Source of the DNA: Microthyrium microscopicum
Taxonomy: Eukaryota
DNA length: 64,000 nucleotides
Direction: 5' to 3'
Assembly (NCBI GenBank): GCA_010405405.1
Contig: MU004241.1
Location: 1,089,359-1,153,358, forward strand
Numbering within the stretch: the stretch's first letter is position 1; each line of letters begins with the position of its first letter. The notes under the pieces were generated by a model. It ran no database searches. It saw only the letters and a list, made by a program, of their open reading frames with translations, and had not been told where the DNA came from. Below are positions 25,935-38,604 of the stretch, one piece after another. The translations under genes were made by a program, and so were the position numbers.

Positions 25935-27508
25935 TCAGGCAAGTGAGGCTACGTTGCCATTTGCTGTGCCGTTTTCTTCTCTCGACATGGCACCCAAAGT
26001 GATTGAGGCGAGTTGTCTCTTTCCAGTAACGATATCTTCGACTGTCTTGGTAACTAATGCACACCAAGGCTCTACTCGATCATTCCATTGGCTAGCCAGG
26101 AAAAGGACGGTTGCAAAAAAGGTAAAAACTGCAAAGACTTCGCGCGTCACAGTGAGTGGCGGGTATGCAGTTGGAATCTTCTGAACAGCTCCATCGGCAC
26201 CAATTGCGTTTGTGAACGATGAAGGTGCTGTAAAGCCAAAAAGTAACCAGCAGCCAAGCGTCCGAAGTACTGGTCCATGGATAAGATAAATGGGAAGACT
26301 AAGCTTTCCCAGCCAGAGAAACACTGGCTTGACAAAGAAGCGTTGAAGTGACGTTGAAAACAATATGCCCGCAAATAGTAGAAAAAGTCCAAGATAGTTA
26401 GTGAGATGGAAAACGGTGCCACCTCCGGGGTAAATCGTATCCTTGAATCCACCATCTTGAAAGACGAAGGAATACCAAGTCGCCCAGTCCATATGGATGT
26501 TGGGCACAGATATCATAAACCACCCGGCCACAAAGAGCGCAAGCGATACCACGTTTTGCACAACCGTGTGTGACGATGCAAACGCATAAACACCTGGCAC
26601 CGACGACAACTCTGCAAACAATATTCCTGAATACGTCGGTATCGCAACAAACTCTAATCATCTTCATTAGCTCTCCTCCCTCATCTCGACTGGCGAAATA
26701 CGTACCATCATGTGCTCTCCAACTCCACAACCACAACGCGCCCAAAATCAACCTCCTCATCCCCGGCGTCGCGCGCGCCGTCGCCATGACCACCAAATAA
26801 AGCGTCATACTTCCCCTTAAAAAACTCAACATACACCACTGATTCCCATCATAATAATTTGTCCCAGTCGTCCAGTTCGTGTACACACTCCATCCCAACT
26901 CCCTCACCGCCAGTCCCCACGTCGCGCTCGCACTAGGACTTGTGCTGCGCATCCAATCGTTCCCGCGCGCATGCGCCATGCCATACGCGCCCATCTGCGC
27001 CAGCACCCAGCTCCCAAACGTCGTGATCGTCGGCGGCAACATCAGCCGTAGACTTCGACGAAGTGCGGATGTTGAGACGGAAGTGAGCAGTTTGTCTGGC
27101 TCCCGGGCGTTGGCGAGGGCGATGGGTTTTATGGCGTTGACCCAGCCAGAGAGGATAAAGAAGGTCGCGAGCCACGGAAAGCCCTCAAACGGTGCGTGCA
27201 GAAATGGCCAATGGACCCAGTTTGTGCGCATGGCTTCGGGAGTCGCGGGAAAGATTATGGAGTCGTGAAGGGATATTACGAGGTGTGAGACTACGACCAT
27301 TATGGCGGCGATGCCTCGAACGCCCTGGGAGCTGGTTAGTTGTGCGGATCAAGATGGAGATGGGGGATCTTACGTCGATCCATCGTGTGTCGCCTTGTTG
27401 GATGTCTTTTTCGTTGGAGGAGAAGCTTTCGGTGAAGGAGGTGAGTTTGGTGTAGGAGTAAGGGAGTGGTGAACTGCTTATGCGCAGCAGTCGAGATATG
27501 CGGAACAT
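25935..27508 (-). CDS. Acyltransferase-3 family membrane O-acyl/acetyltransferase
   Basis: Introns 27373-27325 and 26705-26654 give one frame: RWID|GVRGIAAIMVVVSH, FFILSG, RRSLRL, QWCM, LGKLSLPIYLIHGP; multiple TM helices. Confidence 0.9.
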
Positions 27509-28744
27509 CTGTGAGGGCGGAGCAGCGTCAACGCACGCGAGTGATAGGATACGGCGAGATCAGTACGAATGCAAGGAAAATGAATGTTTAAAGATGAACA
27601 TGGAGAAAAAACACGTAAATCATCAAAAGTTTAAAGATATAGGCTATGGCTGTGGGATGTAGTCAACGCGACTTTGGAATCTGGAATCTGAGCTGAGAAG
27701 AACGTGGTCATGTTTGGAGTGGCGTCTGAATTCCTCTTTTTTTAGAGGCGTTTGGGGGAGGATCCACTCCAAGTATCCAGTAAGAGGACATGATTTCCTG
27801 CAAGTAAACGCGAAAGGCTAGATTCATTATTATTCAGGGGTCCCTCGTGTTGGAATTGGATTCTGGAATGCTGTCTAGGTAGACTCTAGAAATGTGAGAT
27901 ATCTTCAACATTTCGACATAATGGTGGTGACGTTGAACTTATCGCGGGTTACTGCTTATAGCAAGTTTCGGAGTTTTACTCTGTAGCAGAAGCGAAGTAC
28001 CACTTTATACTGGTAGCACATATAATATAAGGAGGCACAAAAGTCAAATCAGTTCTTGGCGGGTGGACTTGCACTGCCCAGATGCCAGATGGCAAACGTG
28101 GAGCTGAGAAGGATGAACTCAGGGGTGCATCATGCAAAGTCAGACCACCATCAAATCATTACAGGTATCCAGCCGACCTGACAATTCCCACCAACTCCAT
28201 ATTATAACCAACGAATAATAGGGGCTCTCGTGTTGATATCGGAATAGGTACTTCTACTTTGGCCCTACAACCTTTCATCAGGTATGGTTTAGTTGTTAAT
28301 AAGCGCTTGCTCATCCACTTCATCCTTAGCTTTATATTTTTATACTTTCCTTCCAAGTCTTCAACTGCCAATTTCAATGCTTACACCCATATCTCTCCCT
28401 TGTCTCTGAGCTGACACCGCCTTGTTTTCTTCTGTTTTCATGTACTCGAGTAATTCTGATTCATTATTATCTCCTTCGTTTCAAGAACAGCAAGCAGGGC
28501 CCGTCGACGTCAACAGGGCTGATGCTTCCGATGCTGTAAGACGACAATATCAGGAGCCCAACCGATCTGTACCTCCCGAGTCTCCGTCGCATCCGCGCGC
28601 CTTCGTTGTTTGATCTGGCTTACACCACATTCTTTCCTGTACCACCGATAGTACCACATATCGACGAACATCCTCAACACGACACCTGGAGGTCATCTCC
28701 ACCGCCAAACCCCGTCATCGAGACATTGACATCGCGACGCCATC

Positions 28745-29824
28745 ATGTCTTCGTCGCAATTGCCCGCATCGCTTCTCGCCATGGTACGCGGTCGGCGAGC
28801 AAATTTCATCATAATAGGAACTCTAGCCATCATATCTCTGCTCATCCTGAGTTACAACTACGATAGCCTTCCACGAACCAAACTATCCTTAGATTCCTTA
28901 CCCTCTTCATTGCGCAGCAAACCCAAAGGCCCACAATATGCCTACGCCACTTTCCTCTCGTCACGACCCGAAGGCAATATCACAGAAGATTCATATGTAC
29001 TCGCAACACGCGTCCTCGCATACCAGCTCCTCCACCACCCAGTAACGAAAACAACCAAGAACATTCCCTTTTTGGTCATCGTCCCTCCCCATGTACCCGA
29101 AAGTATACACGAACTACTCACAAAGGAAGGCGCGACGGTGATCCAAGTCCAAAATCTCGTGCCTGCCACGTGGGAGCCCTCTCCTGGGATGGCACGATGG
29201 ATTGACCAATTTACTAAATTGCGCCTGTTCGAGTTGACGGAATATGACCGCATTCTATACATGGACAACGACATGCTGATAACGCGCTCGCTCGACCCGA
29301 TCTGGGATGAGGAGGAAGTCACACTCGAACGCGTTACCAAGAATTCCACGGAGCATATTCAGCCTGACGAAGTGGCCATGCCAGCTCGTTACTCGATCGC
29401 TGGGGTCAGCGACCAGGAAGGCCCAGAGGGCGAACGGCCGGCAAAGATCTCGCAGCATTCGCGATTGAATGGCGGTTTCTTCATTTTCAGACCAGACGAA
29501 GCGCTATTCAACTACTATAAATCGGTACTTGAATTTGGACAGGCTGGTCGCTTTGATGCAGGCATGATGGAGATGGGATTGCTGAACTATGCGCATCGAT
29601 TCGAAGGTAACATGCCTTGGGTACCGCTGGAGCCTGGCAAATGGAGCAGTAATTGGCCGTCATATCGCGACTTTGAGCGCGGAGCGGCAAGTCTGCACGA
29701 CAAGTTTTGGGATCCTGCGAATATCAACTGGATAGACCGACGGCTCGTCGAGATGTGGTGGCGAGTTCAAGGGCAGATGGAAGGCTTTTGGCAAGCAAAG
29801 GACAACAGCATTCTAGGCTTCTAG
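28745..29824 (+). CDS. Glycosyltransferase family 8, type II membrane protein
   Basis: Intronless 359 aa. N-terminal TM anchor, YAYATFL, FTKLRLFELTEYDRILYMDND (DxD motif), LNGGFFIFRPD, LLNY, SLHDKFW. Confidence 0.9.
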   Translation: MSSSQLPASLLAMVRGRRANFIIIGTLAIISLLILSYNYDSLPRTKLSLDSLPSSLRSKPKGPQYAYATFLSSRPEGNITEDSYVLATRVLAYQLLHHPVTKTTKNIPFLVIVPPHVPESIHELLTKEGATVIQVQNLVPATWEPSPGMARWIDQFTKLRLFELTEYDRILYMDNDMLITRSLDPIWDEEEVTLERVTKNSTEHIQPDEVAMPARYSIAGVSDQEGPEGERPAKISQHSRLNGGFFIFRPDEALFNYYKSVLEFGQAGRFDAGMMEMGLLNYAHRFEGNMPWVPLEPGKWSSNWPSYRDFERGAASLHDKFWDPANINWIDRRLVEMWWRVQGQMEGFWQAKDNSILGF

Positions 29825-29994
29825 ATGTTGGGTGTTCCCTCTCTTTTGGATATTTTGAGCGCATGATTGGATATGGCGTTGCATCAGCATATATTGGGCG
29901 AGTAGGCGTTTATCTGGCATATCATAATACCCATTTTACTACTTTTCAAGAAGGTCTTATTCAATATCATTTTCAACCATCAACATAGCCAGCT

Positions 29995-30977
29995 TCAAGC
30001 CAGCGTCAATCTAAACTTGAGCAAGTCCTTCTCAACAATCTCCGTCTTGCGCTTCTCCAACTCCTCCACGTCCCACCGCGCATCCAAATACCGACCAGAC
30101 AAATACTCCCTCTTCTCCTTCGTCAACCAAACCGCAAAGCTACCCGCCAGCTCCACATGATCAATCAGTACTATCTCGATTAGCCACTTTCCCATTACAA
30201 TCCTCTTCGGGACTTACACTTCTCCCACCCCTTCCCCTCCGGCACATCCGCCAAATCCGTATCGACACCACCCGGCTGCAACGCATACGCAACGACACCC
30301 TTACTCTTATGCGCCTCATGCACATGCTCCATAAGTCTCGTTGCCGCAAACTTACTCAAACTATACGCTGCCGCCATCACACTTGGATCAATATAATGTG
30401 CCGCCGCACTACTAATCAGCACCACCGCCTTTGCTCCTCCTTCGGTCTGCTCAAGTAACGGTAGGAAGTGGTGGCATTGGACCCACGCGCCCATCACATT
30501 GACATCCATCACCCGCCGAAAGTCCTCGACACTCGCTTCCACCAAATCGCCTGGAAAATCGCGCAGCCCGGTCCGTGGATTGCGTACTAATTTCGTCGCT
30601 GTTCCCGCGTTGATTACTAGCACATCTAACCGTCCATCCAACACTGTTTTTGCGGTGGCTGCGAGGGAGGCGATGTCTGTGTCGGATGTCAAGTCTGCGA
30701 CTGCGACATCTATGCGCGTATTCGGATACTCTGCGCGGAGGGATGCGGCTTTGCTGTCTAATGTGCTTTGCGTTCGGCCGGCGAGGAGGATGTGCGAGGC
30801 GCCGGCTTTGGCGTACGCGGTGGCACAGCCTGCGCCGATTCCGCGGGAGCCGCCGGCGATGAGCACGGTGAAGGGCTTGGGAAGGGTGACGAGGGATGGG
30901 TCGGTGAGGGGATATGGATCGTGGTGGGCGGGACCGCACCAGTTCATTATGGAGGGTTGATTGGAGAGGGCGGACAT
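29995..30977 (-). CDS. Short-chain dehydrogenase/reductase
   Basis: AGGSRGIG, LDVLVINAG, VNVMG, ISS, YSLSK (YxxxK), LQPGGVDTD; intron 30217-30171 joins the C-terminal YLSGRYLDARWDVEEL. Confidence 0.93.
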
Positions 30978-31660
30978 GGTGAGGTTAGTGGTTTGTTTGT
31001 TTGTTTGTGTACGAGGGATAAGTTATGGTTGCTGTATGGAAAGACAGAGAAGTCCCGAGGTTTGGTGGTTATGGGTTGTTGATGAGATTTTTTCCATGGG
31101 CTTATGGGTTTGTCTTAACTTACTCTGGTTACACGTATAGTGTATATGATGAGGTGATAAAGTACTGTATCACCATTTGGACACCGGCGATCCTTGATAT
31201 GGTTCGGAGTTTAAAGCGGTGATGTAGTCAGCTACCATACGTTACTCGGATTTAGAGGCATATGTCCTTATATTATTAGTGTATAATTCAAGGCCGAACT
31301 ATAGTGTTCATGATGAGGTTGAGATGAAGGATGGTTTGATCACAAACCCTATCATTCAATGGGTATAAAACCTTTGTTCGTTCTGTCCACCGTAGGATGT
31401 GAGTTGTGGAATAGCATAACTCTTTGGGACACTTGCAGTCGAGAAACTGCAAATGTTTTGTAGCATTGATAGTTTGATCATTCTTTATTCGCCCTGTTTA
31501 TTGGCTGACTTCTGGGTATCATGAGCTTTGAAGCCTGAGTGAAAGGCTACAAATTTGAAAAATATTGTTCAAAACTAGGTTTCCAGTGATATCGAAACTG
31601 GTATCGGTCGATTTGGCCCAGTTTCATCCCAGCACAAGCTCTGTGAGCTTGCAACCGGTA

Positions 31661-31855
31661 GACAAAATAACTGGCGTGCTCCCATCGATTTCGATGGCTC
31701 CCACGGGACACGCTTTACTGTCGAGTGCTTTACTTCCCATAAAGGGCGTTCATACTAGCACAGTTTATTGAACGCAATGAAAAATATAGCATGTTTTGTT
31801 TAGTAGCGTTTATGGGAGCCATTGAAGTGGATGGGGCCACGCCAGTTATTTTGTC
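31661..31855. mobile_element. MITE-like element / long imperfect inverted repeat
   Basis: Left arm gacaaaataactggcgtgctcccatcgatttcgatggctccca; reverse complement of right arm gacaaaataactggcgtggccccatccacttcaatggctccca. First 18 bp are perfect, arms about 45-50 bp, non-coding spacer about 90 bp. No clean TSD. Confidence 0.6.
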
Positions 31856-32219
31856 GATCTGTTGGCTTGCTCAAAGATCAGCACATTGATCCCTGATGAT
31901 GTAGTAGTGCATTTTATCAAAGACTCATTATTAATCACCAAATTCTGTCCAGAAGTATGAATGGCCTTTTGAATTGTCACCAGTCGAAGCACCCTGTATC
32001 AATTCGGTAATTCAACCTTACAAGTACTTGAATATACACTGTAGAGTATCACGAAGTCGGAGTAGCTCCCCCGGTTAAGCGTCAACTTAGCTTAGGCCTC
32101 CATCATCACACTAGCGAAGCAGTATAAATACCACGGGGGCTGTGACACTGAGGAGGTTTCCATTTGGCGCCAATTGTTGATTTGCAGCAAGTTCAGGTTA
32201 TTCATCATTTTTGCTCAAG

Positions 32220-33706
32220 ATGTCTTTTGCGACGCTGCCAAAGGCGGCATCCGATGCCATCAAGCCATATAAGATTGCTATATCACCAACTAAGGTAGCA
32301 ACCATGGAACTCCTCGTCAAGTCATCACCGGTTGGACCGGAAACCTTCGAAAACAAGCAGATGGAAAGGAACTTTGGATTGACCAGAGACAAGTTTTCAG
32401 AGCTCAAAAGAAAGTGGGTGGAGGAATTTAAGTGGTAAGTGGACATCCTAGCGATTCAATCTTTATTCTAAGTTATGATCACAGGGAGGAACAAGAGAAG
32501 TATCTCAATGCTTACCCCCAATTCATGGCCAAGATCAAAGACGACGATGGAAGAGAGCATGATGTTCACTTCATGGCTCTATTCTCGCAGAAAGCGGATG
32601 CTGTTCCTATCTCCTTCCTCCATGGATGGCCAGGTACGATAGATCTAAGCACCTTGACCAGAAACTGACAAAAGGCAGGTAGTTTTCTTGAGTTCGTGGG
32701 CTTGTTTGAAGAATTCAAGAACAAATACGACAACGATCCATCCAAGCTGCCGTACCATCTCATTGCACCCTCACTTCCAGGTTTCACACTTTCATCAGGA
32801 CCACCAGTTGACCGTGATTGGACTGAGAAGGATAGTGCTCGTATCATCAATCGTTTGATGCATGAGATTGGCTTCGGCTCAGGCTACATATCTCAAGGTG
32901 GCGATATTGGAAGCTTCGTGAGCCAGGCGCTTGCCGAGTCTTACCCAGAGTGCAAGGCAATCCACCGTGTGTCATTGCCTTATCCCTGATAGCATGTCTG
33001 AACTAATTCGTCCAAGTGAACTTTCTACCTGGAGCCCCGAAGAAAGAAGTGTCCCTGGAAAATATCTCTGACGCTGAGAAGGAGGGAATGCAGCGGATAA
33101 AAGACTGGCAAAACACGGGCGCTGCCTATGCGAGAGAGCATGGTACTCGTCCTTCAACGATTGGGCTTGTACTCTCATCGAGTCCATTGGCTTTGTTGGC
33201 TTGGTAATTTACGACTATGACTGCCTACCATTAACTGTACTGACTTGTGTGTAGGATTGGCGAAAAGTTCCTTGAGTGGACTGACACTGATCCGGACGAC
33301 ATGGAGACTTTGAGATCGGTGTCGTTATATTGGCTGACGGATAGCTTTCCCCGATGCATATATACCTACCGAGACGCAACTGTACCCGTTTCCCTATCAG
33401 TTTTTGAAATCATATTCTAACATCTGGTTAGGCCCACGAACACAAATTCAACCAACCATTGGGATTTTCTTGGTTTCCAAAGGAGCTTATGCCAGTGCCT
33501 AGAGTGTGGATTGAGGCCAAGGCCAACCTTGTTTGGTTTAGAGCGCATGAACATGTAAGTTGGACCCACAAGACAATGACGTTCTTTGATATTGACTGGT
33601 GGGCCAGGGAGGCCATTTTGCTGCACTAGAGCATCCAAAGGAGTTGGCGCAGGATATCGAGGAATTTGTGGCTCAAGTATGGTCAACAGGGCGAAGTAAC
33701 TTGTGA
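32220..33706 (+). CDS. Epoxide hydrolase (microsomal EHN-type alpha/beta hydrolase)
   Basis: Multi-exon gene. HGWPG|SF oxyanion motif, APSLPGF, QGGDIGS nucleophile, HGTRPSTIG, SSPLALLAW|IGEKF, GGHFAALE; ends …GRSNL*. Confidence 0.93.
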
Positions 33707-34293
33707 AGGTTTAGAGGCAAGCATGTAGGGATCTTAAGGTAACAGAGATCCATGGTAACAGTATTTTAACAGAAGGCCTAGTTGTAAGATCTTTGAACGT
33801 GTACTCTCCCTGCTTGTTCCTTCTTGGGGACCATCTGCCTTCTTCCCCAATGTATCGGAACAGGCGGGAAGTAACTAGTTGACTTTAATTGGTTCAAGCT
33901 GTTTCAAGAGGAGATGGTGAGGATAGTGCAAGTACAGACAAGATGGCAGAAAGACAAGATGTGGTTAAGCGGCATATATAATGGCCTGATTAGGCAAGTA
34001 CACACGTGAGGTGTGTGGTGGAGCACATGGCGACGTCCTCCAATAATGAGGCAGGCAAGGACCCTGGCCTGGCAGACCAGTCCCAACTCCCAGGCCCCAG
34101 CATCAATCCATTCCACCCATTATTCTCTCTCTCATATCAATACTCCAACCGTGTTTGTCTACAAGCACTCCTCTGTCACACCAAACTCTCGCCCTAAATT
34201 TCCGTATACATTCATTGCACCATACACACCCAACGCTCCCCACATTGCGACATTCTCTCACTTGCGCGTTACTGCGCCTACCCGCAGCCCGTC

Positions 34294-35888
34294 ATGTTCC
34301 TCGGCGCAAAGAAGCCGCCCACCAAGACCGTCAAGGTTGCCGTTAAGAAGGACCAGAAAAATCCTCAGACGGACGCCAAGGGGCTCAAGAATAAATCTTC
34401 ACAGGCGCCTCTGCGTAAGACTGGAAGTGGCCAAAATCTTGCCGTCCGTCGCGTCGCTTCCCCAGCATCCTCGGTCGCGTCCGCTTCAAAGTCGCAGCAG
34501 TTCAATAATCTTGCTCCACCACAACGGAACTTGAAGCGCAAGCTGGGGTCGCCAGCTTTCCAGCAATTCAGCTCAGATTCGGATAGCAACGAAGAGGATG
34601 CTGAAGTGCTGTCTAACAAGCGGCCAAGGTCGAGCTCGGAGACGGCTGTCGATAATACCACAGACTACAAGCGCCAACCGTTCAAGGTCGAGGCCGTGGA
34701 AGACATCGACGACAAGAACGAACTTATTCTTCGATGTGCAGATGTGATTGACGAGTATTACAAGGACTACAAATCTGCATTTGACGATGTCACGGACACA
34801 CCAATGATAAAGCTGCAATTTCCCAGCAACTATCGTTCCGAAAGGTAAGCTGAGATCTTCCAGTATTGCCAATGTCATTCTAACCACGATGCAGATATAA
34901 ACTTCTTATTCCTAAAGAAAGTAGAAAATATGAGCCCATCAGTGATGTAGTGGCAACCATTGACATGATCTGTAAACATTACCTCCCGGAGGGATATGTA
35001 ACGAAGCAATTGGAAGGCTTGGCACCCGCTGGAAACACCGCCGATTTGAACTTTAAGCTCGTGTCGGCAGCCAGGCAGCGATCCGCTCAAAAATTCACTG
35101 AAGCTGTGGAACTTTTCAACCGAATATTAAAGGGTGCCATGGTAGATGGTGTTGTGGCAAGCACAATCACGGACCAGAAGTCTATCGATATCAAACTTGT
35201 CGAATGCATACTCAACCAGATCTATTGGCGTACTGTTCTTCCGGATCAGAAACTCCTGGCGAAGTACGAAAATGGCACCTCCGAGATCTACGGCGAAATC
35301 CTTCCTATATTCGGCCACGAAATTTTCAAACTGACCGGCCTCCGTTCCGACCATGTTTTCATTGATCTTGGTTCCGGCGTCGGTAACCTTGCTCTCCAAG
35401 CTGCTCTCGAGTTTGGCTGCGAAAGCTGGGGAATTGAGCAAATGAAAAATCCTGCCTCTCTGGCGCGCAAGCAAGTCAAAGAATTCAACGCGCGCTGCAA
35501 GCGCTGGAGCATCAAACCAGGCAAGGTGACCTTGCTCGAAGGCGACTTTCTAGCCAGCCCTGAGATTGACGCAGCCATCCCGCGTGCAGATGTAATCGTT
35601 ATCAACAACAAAGCATTTTTACCTGAGCTCAATGCCGCGATCGCGTTAAAATTGCTTGACGCTCCCGAAGGCTGTCGCATTGTGAGTCTTAAGAGTTTTG
35701 CACCCGATAATTGGGAGCTCAAGTCATTCCGTCTCCATGATACACGCAATGTGCTTCGATCGGTCAAGAAACAGTACTGGTCTCGCTGCGTCAGCTGGTC
35801 AGACGAAGGTGGTGATTATTACATAGCGACAAAGGATACATCCCAATTGCGTAAATTTGATGAGCAGGAGAATAGCAAGAGAAGATAA
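34294..35888 (+). CDS. DOT1: Histone H3-K79 methyltransferase
   Basis: Basic low-complexity N-terminus; intron 34845-34894; YENG…IYGE, FIDLGSGVGN, LQAALEFGCESWGIE, EGDFL, INNKAF, IVSLKSF, VSWS. Confidence 0.95.
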
Positions 35889-36149
35889 TTTCACAGTAAA
35901 CGCATTGCATAGGAACGGTTGGGAAACCGTTTTGGAAACTTGGATACCCACGAGACTAACTTGGCGGATTATTGCTGACCAGATTGAGTCATTTTTACTA
36001 GATCTAGCATCAGAGACTAGAGCACACGCAACAACGTTGATTACAACAGCAAATACCGAGTTTGGCTTCATTCTCAAGTGACGAGATATCTAACAAAACG
36101 ACTAGATTGCAGGTACTATATACAGCGCTCGATTGCACATTGCAAACAT

Positions 36150-37274
36150 TTATTCGGGTCCGATGTACACACGGCAGTTACCCATCAAGCGCTCTTCCTT
36201 ACCCTCATGTGTCATGGTCTTGAACTGGTCGAAGTCATAGTACGCCTCGACGTCCATTTTGTCAGTGGTCTTGATCTCACCGTAGTCAGTGCAAGCACCT
36301 GGAGAAGCAATGTGAACACCCCCGAAACTTCCACCATGCGAATGTTGAGGCTCAGGGCTTCGACGGGCCACTGCACCAGTTTGCTTGGCCTTTTGGATCT
36401 TGCCATCAATGTCGTAGTACATGACTGAATCGCAGGCAGTCTTGCCGTTGATGAGAAGCTTCAAGTTGGTGCCACCATCGTGCATGTGGCCTATCGAAAA
36501 TAATCAGCAATCTACACCTTGTGATCAAGCCCGGATGGATTCTTACCGATCGTGTACAGCAGCTTTCCGTTAACACCCGCACTCATTGGAATCATGCCCT
36601 TGTACACCTTCTTACCCGGCTCTGGCATCGGGTACGCAATCTGCAGCCACTTCATCGTCGCGCCCTTGTACTTCTTTCCCATCTCGCTGTCCTTGGGAAT
36701 CCACTCATACGTGATGGCCATCGACACATCCATTGGCGCCTTCGCCTCGCTCATCAAGTCAACGGTGTAGAACATGCTCTTGCCCGTAAACTCGAGCCCG
36801 TACTTGTGTTGGCTGTTGAGCCGGATTGTTGGACGCTCGTTGCCAGCTGCCCAGATGACACCTAGCGGTGTGTTGCCGAGCACGGTGTGATGTAGCCACG
36901 CACCTTCGGACGTGAGGGCTTCGGACCCGTTCGTGTATTTGAGTGTCGCACGCATTGCTGTCACCCAGCAGTCGGAGCAGGGTACTTGGGCCATCAGGCC
37001 GGCTTTCGCGATCATCTTTTCGCCCGGGATCGTGTATGGCCCGTACAGAATTTCGGTTCGGGTGGCGCCATCGATGATCCTGTCTTCATGTCAGTATTCG
37101 TCGCTGGAATCGTGTATAAATGAGAACGTACGGCGTCTCGTGCAATGGAGGAATGATACGTTCGCCTTGAGGCGCATTAGCATAAGAGCCATTGGCCTGA
37201 AGCTGGAAATCTAAAGGAGAGGCATTGGCGGCAAGCGCTAACGAAGCAACTGAAAAGAGTGTCGATGTCTTCAT
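36150..37274 (-). CDS. Secreted hypothetical protein with a His/Met pattern resembling copper type II (PHM/DBH-like) monooxygenases
   Basis: Signal peptide MKTSTLFSVASLALAANA; introns 37131-37080 and 36546-36491; YGPY, PCSDC, GAWLHH, GNER, G|HMHDGG, CDS, LMG. Confidence 0.8.
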
Positions 37275-38309
37275 AATGATGATTAGCAATGGTTACAAAC
37301 TGTGGCTCAGAGACAGTGTAGCAACAAGACAGCTTGAGGCAGGTACATATACCACACACACATATTGGTTTGTTGCGTCCATTGGGTAGTGTTATATTGA
37401 TTTTGATTAAAACAGGTCAGTAAGATATCTGCCACGCCATATGCGTGGCTATTACAACGCGTCAAGTATGGTTCATGTGCGCCTTCACAGGGCAGTTCCA
37501 TGTTCAATTCTGTTCCTGCATCGTAGAATTTATCCGATAGTGCATTAGTGTGCTGTGTGCAGTGGATCTCTACCGGGTTTCTGCCATAGATCGAGCAAGA
37601 TTTCCGATCAAATACAGTTAAGTTAATATGGCTAGGACCGCAGCCTTGGTCGTGACATGAAGCTGTTCGATCGGGCCTAGAAGAGCGAAATGACCGAGGT
37701 GTGGTTTTCTTTTCTACCTTCATGGAGCACGGAGATCTTTTGAGGCCCTGGGATTGGAGCTTACTCGATATTTTCGCTATGGTTGAAGTTGATAGACTCA
37801 TTCTCAACATATTGAAAAACAGGCTCGAGTTTCTTTTGTATCATTTTTACATATTTGACAATGATAAATGAATGGTAGGACAGTTTGTAGATATAGAACA
37901 TTAGCACACACGTTTTGGATCTGGAAACTGAAAATCGTACCTACGCCATAGATTAATATAAGTGTAACATGAAGGACAGGCCCCTTTACAGGTCAAAAGT
38001 CATATTTTCACAACCTAGAGTATTGCTCATATATTGATTTCGTCCAGAGACTAACTTCCTATATTGAATGAGGCTAGACCTGCTATGATCATATCTCCGA
38101 AAATTATCAAAACAACTCGAATTGATCTTCAGTCACTTCGTACTCGAGCTGACGTACCCGAAGTACTAACTCACAATGGCTTCTGATCATTCGTCACCTG
38201 TTTCGCATCATTCGATGGCCGATACAATCAGATACCTCTGCGAAAACGAACATGACGACGGTCAGATAGTCTTCTATGAAGATTGTTCAACATGGCAGCA
38301 TATACAATG

Positions 38310-38604
38310 TGACAGAAGGTTCGTTCCAAACCCTGGATCCGCGCTAGTCCTGATCTAGGATTAGGAAGCGAAAACACTAAAATTCGGCCTCTATTAGCTA
38401 TTATATTTTTTTGCCTTTTCTACTCCTTTCTATATATTACTTTTGCCTCTATTATAGCCTAAATTCTAGGCTTTAAGAAGATATGTTTTATATCTTTAAT
38501 AAGGTATAAATATCATAGTTATTATAGTAATTAATTAATTAGATTTTTTAATATTCTTTTTACTAATTTTATATTCTCTAAGCTATATGGATTATATTTT
38601 ATTA
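38310..38604 (+). repeat. 5' LTR (295 bp)
   Basis: Colinear with 45329-45623; the differences seen are C>T/G>A. Followed by attataaacc, consistent with a RIP-altered Copia primer-binding site (gttatgagcc). Confidence 0.93.
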
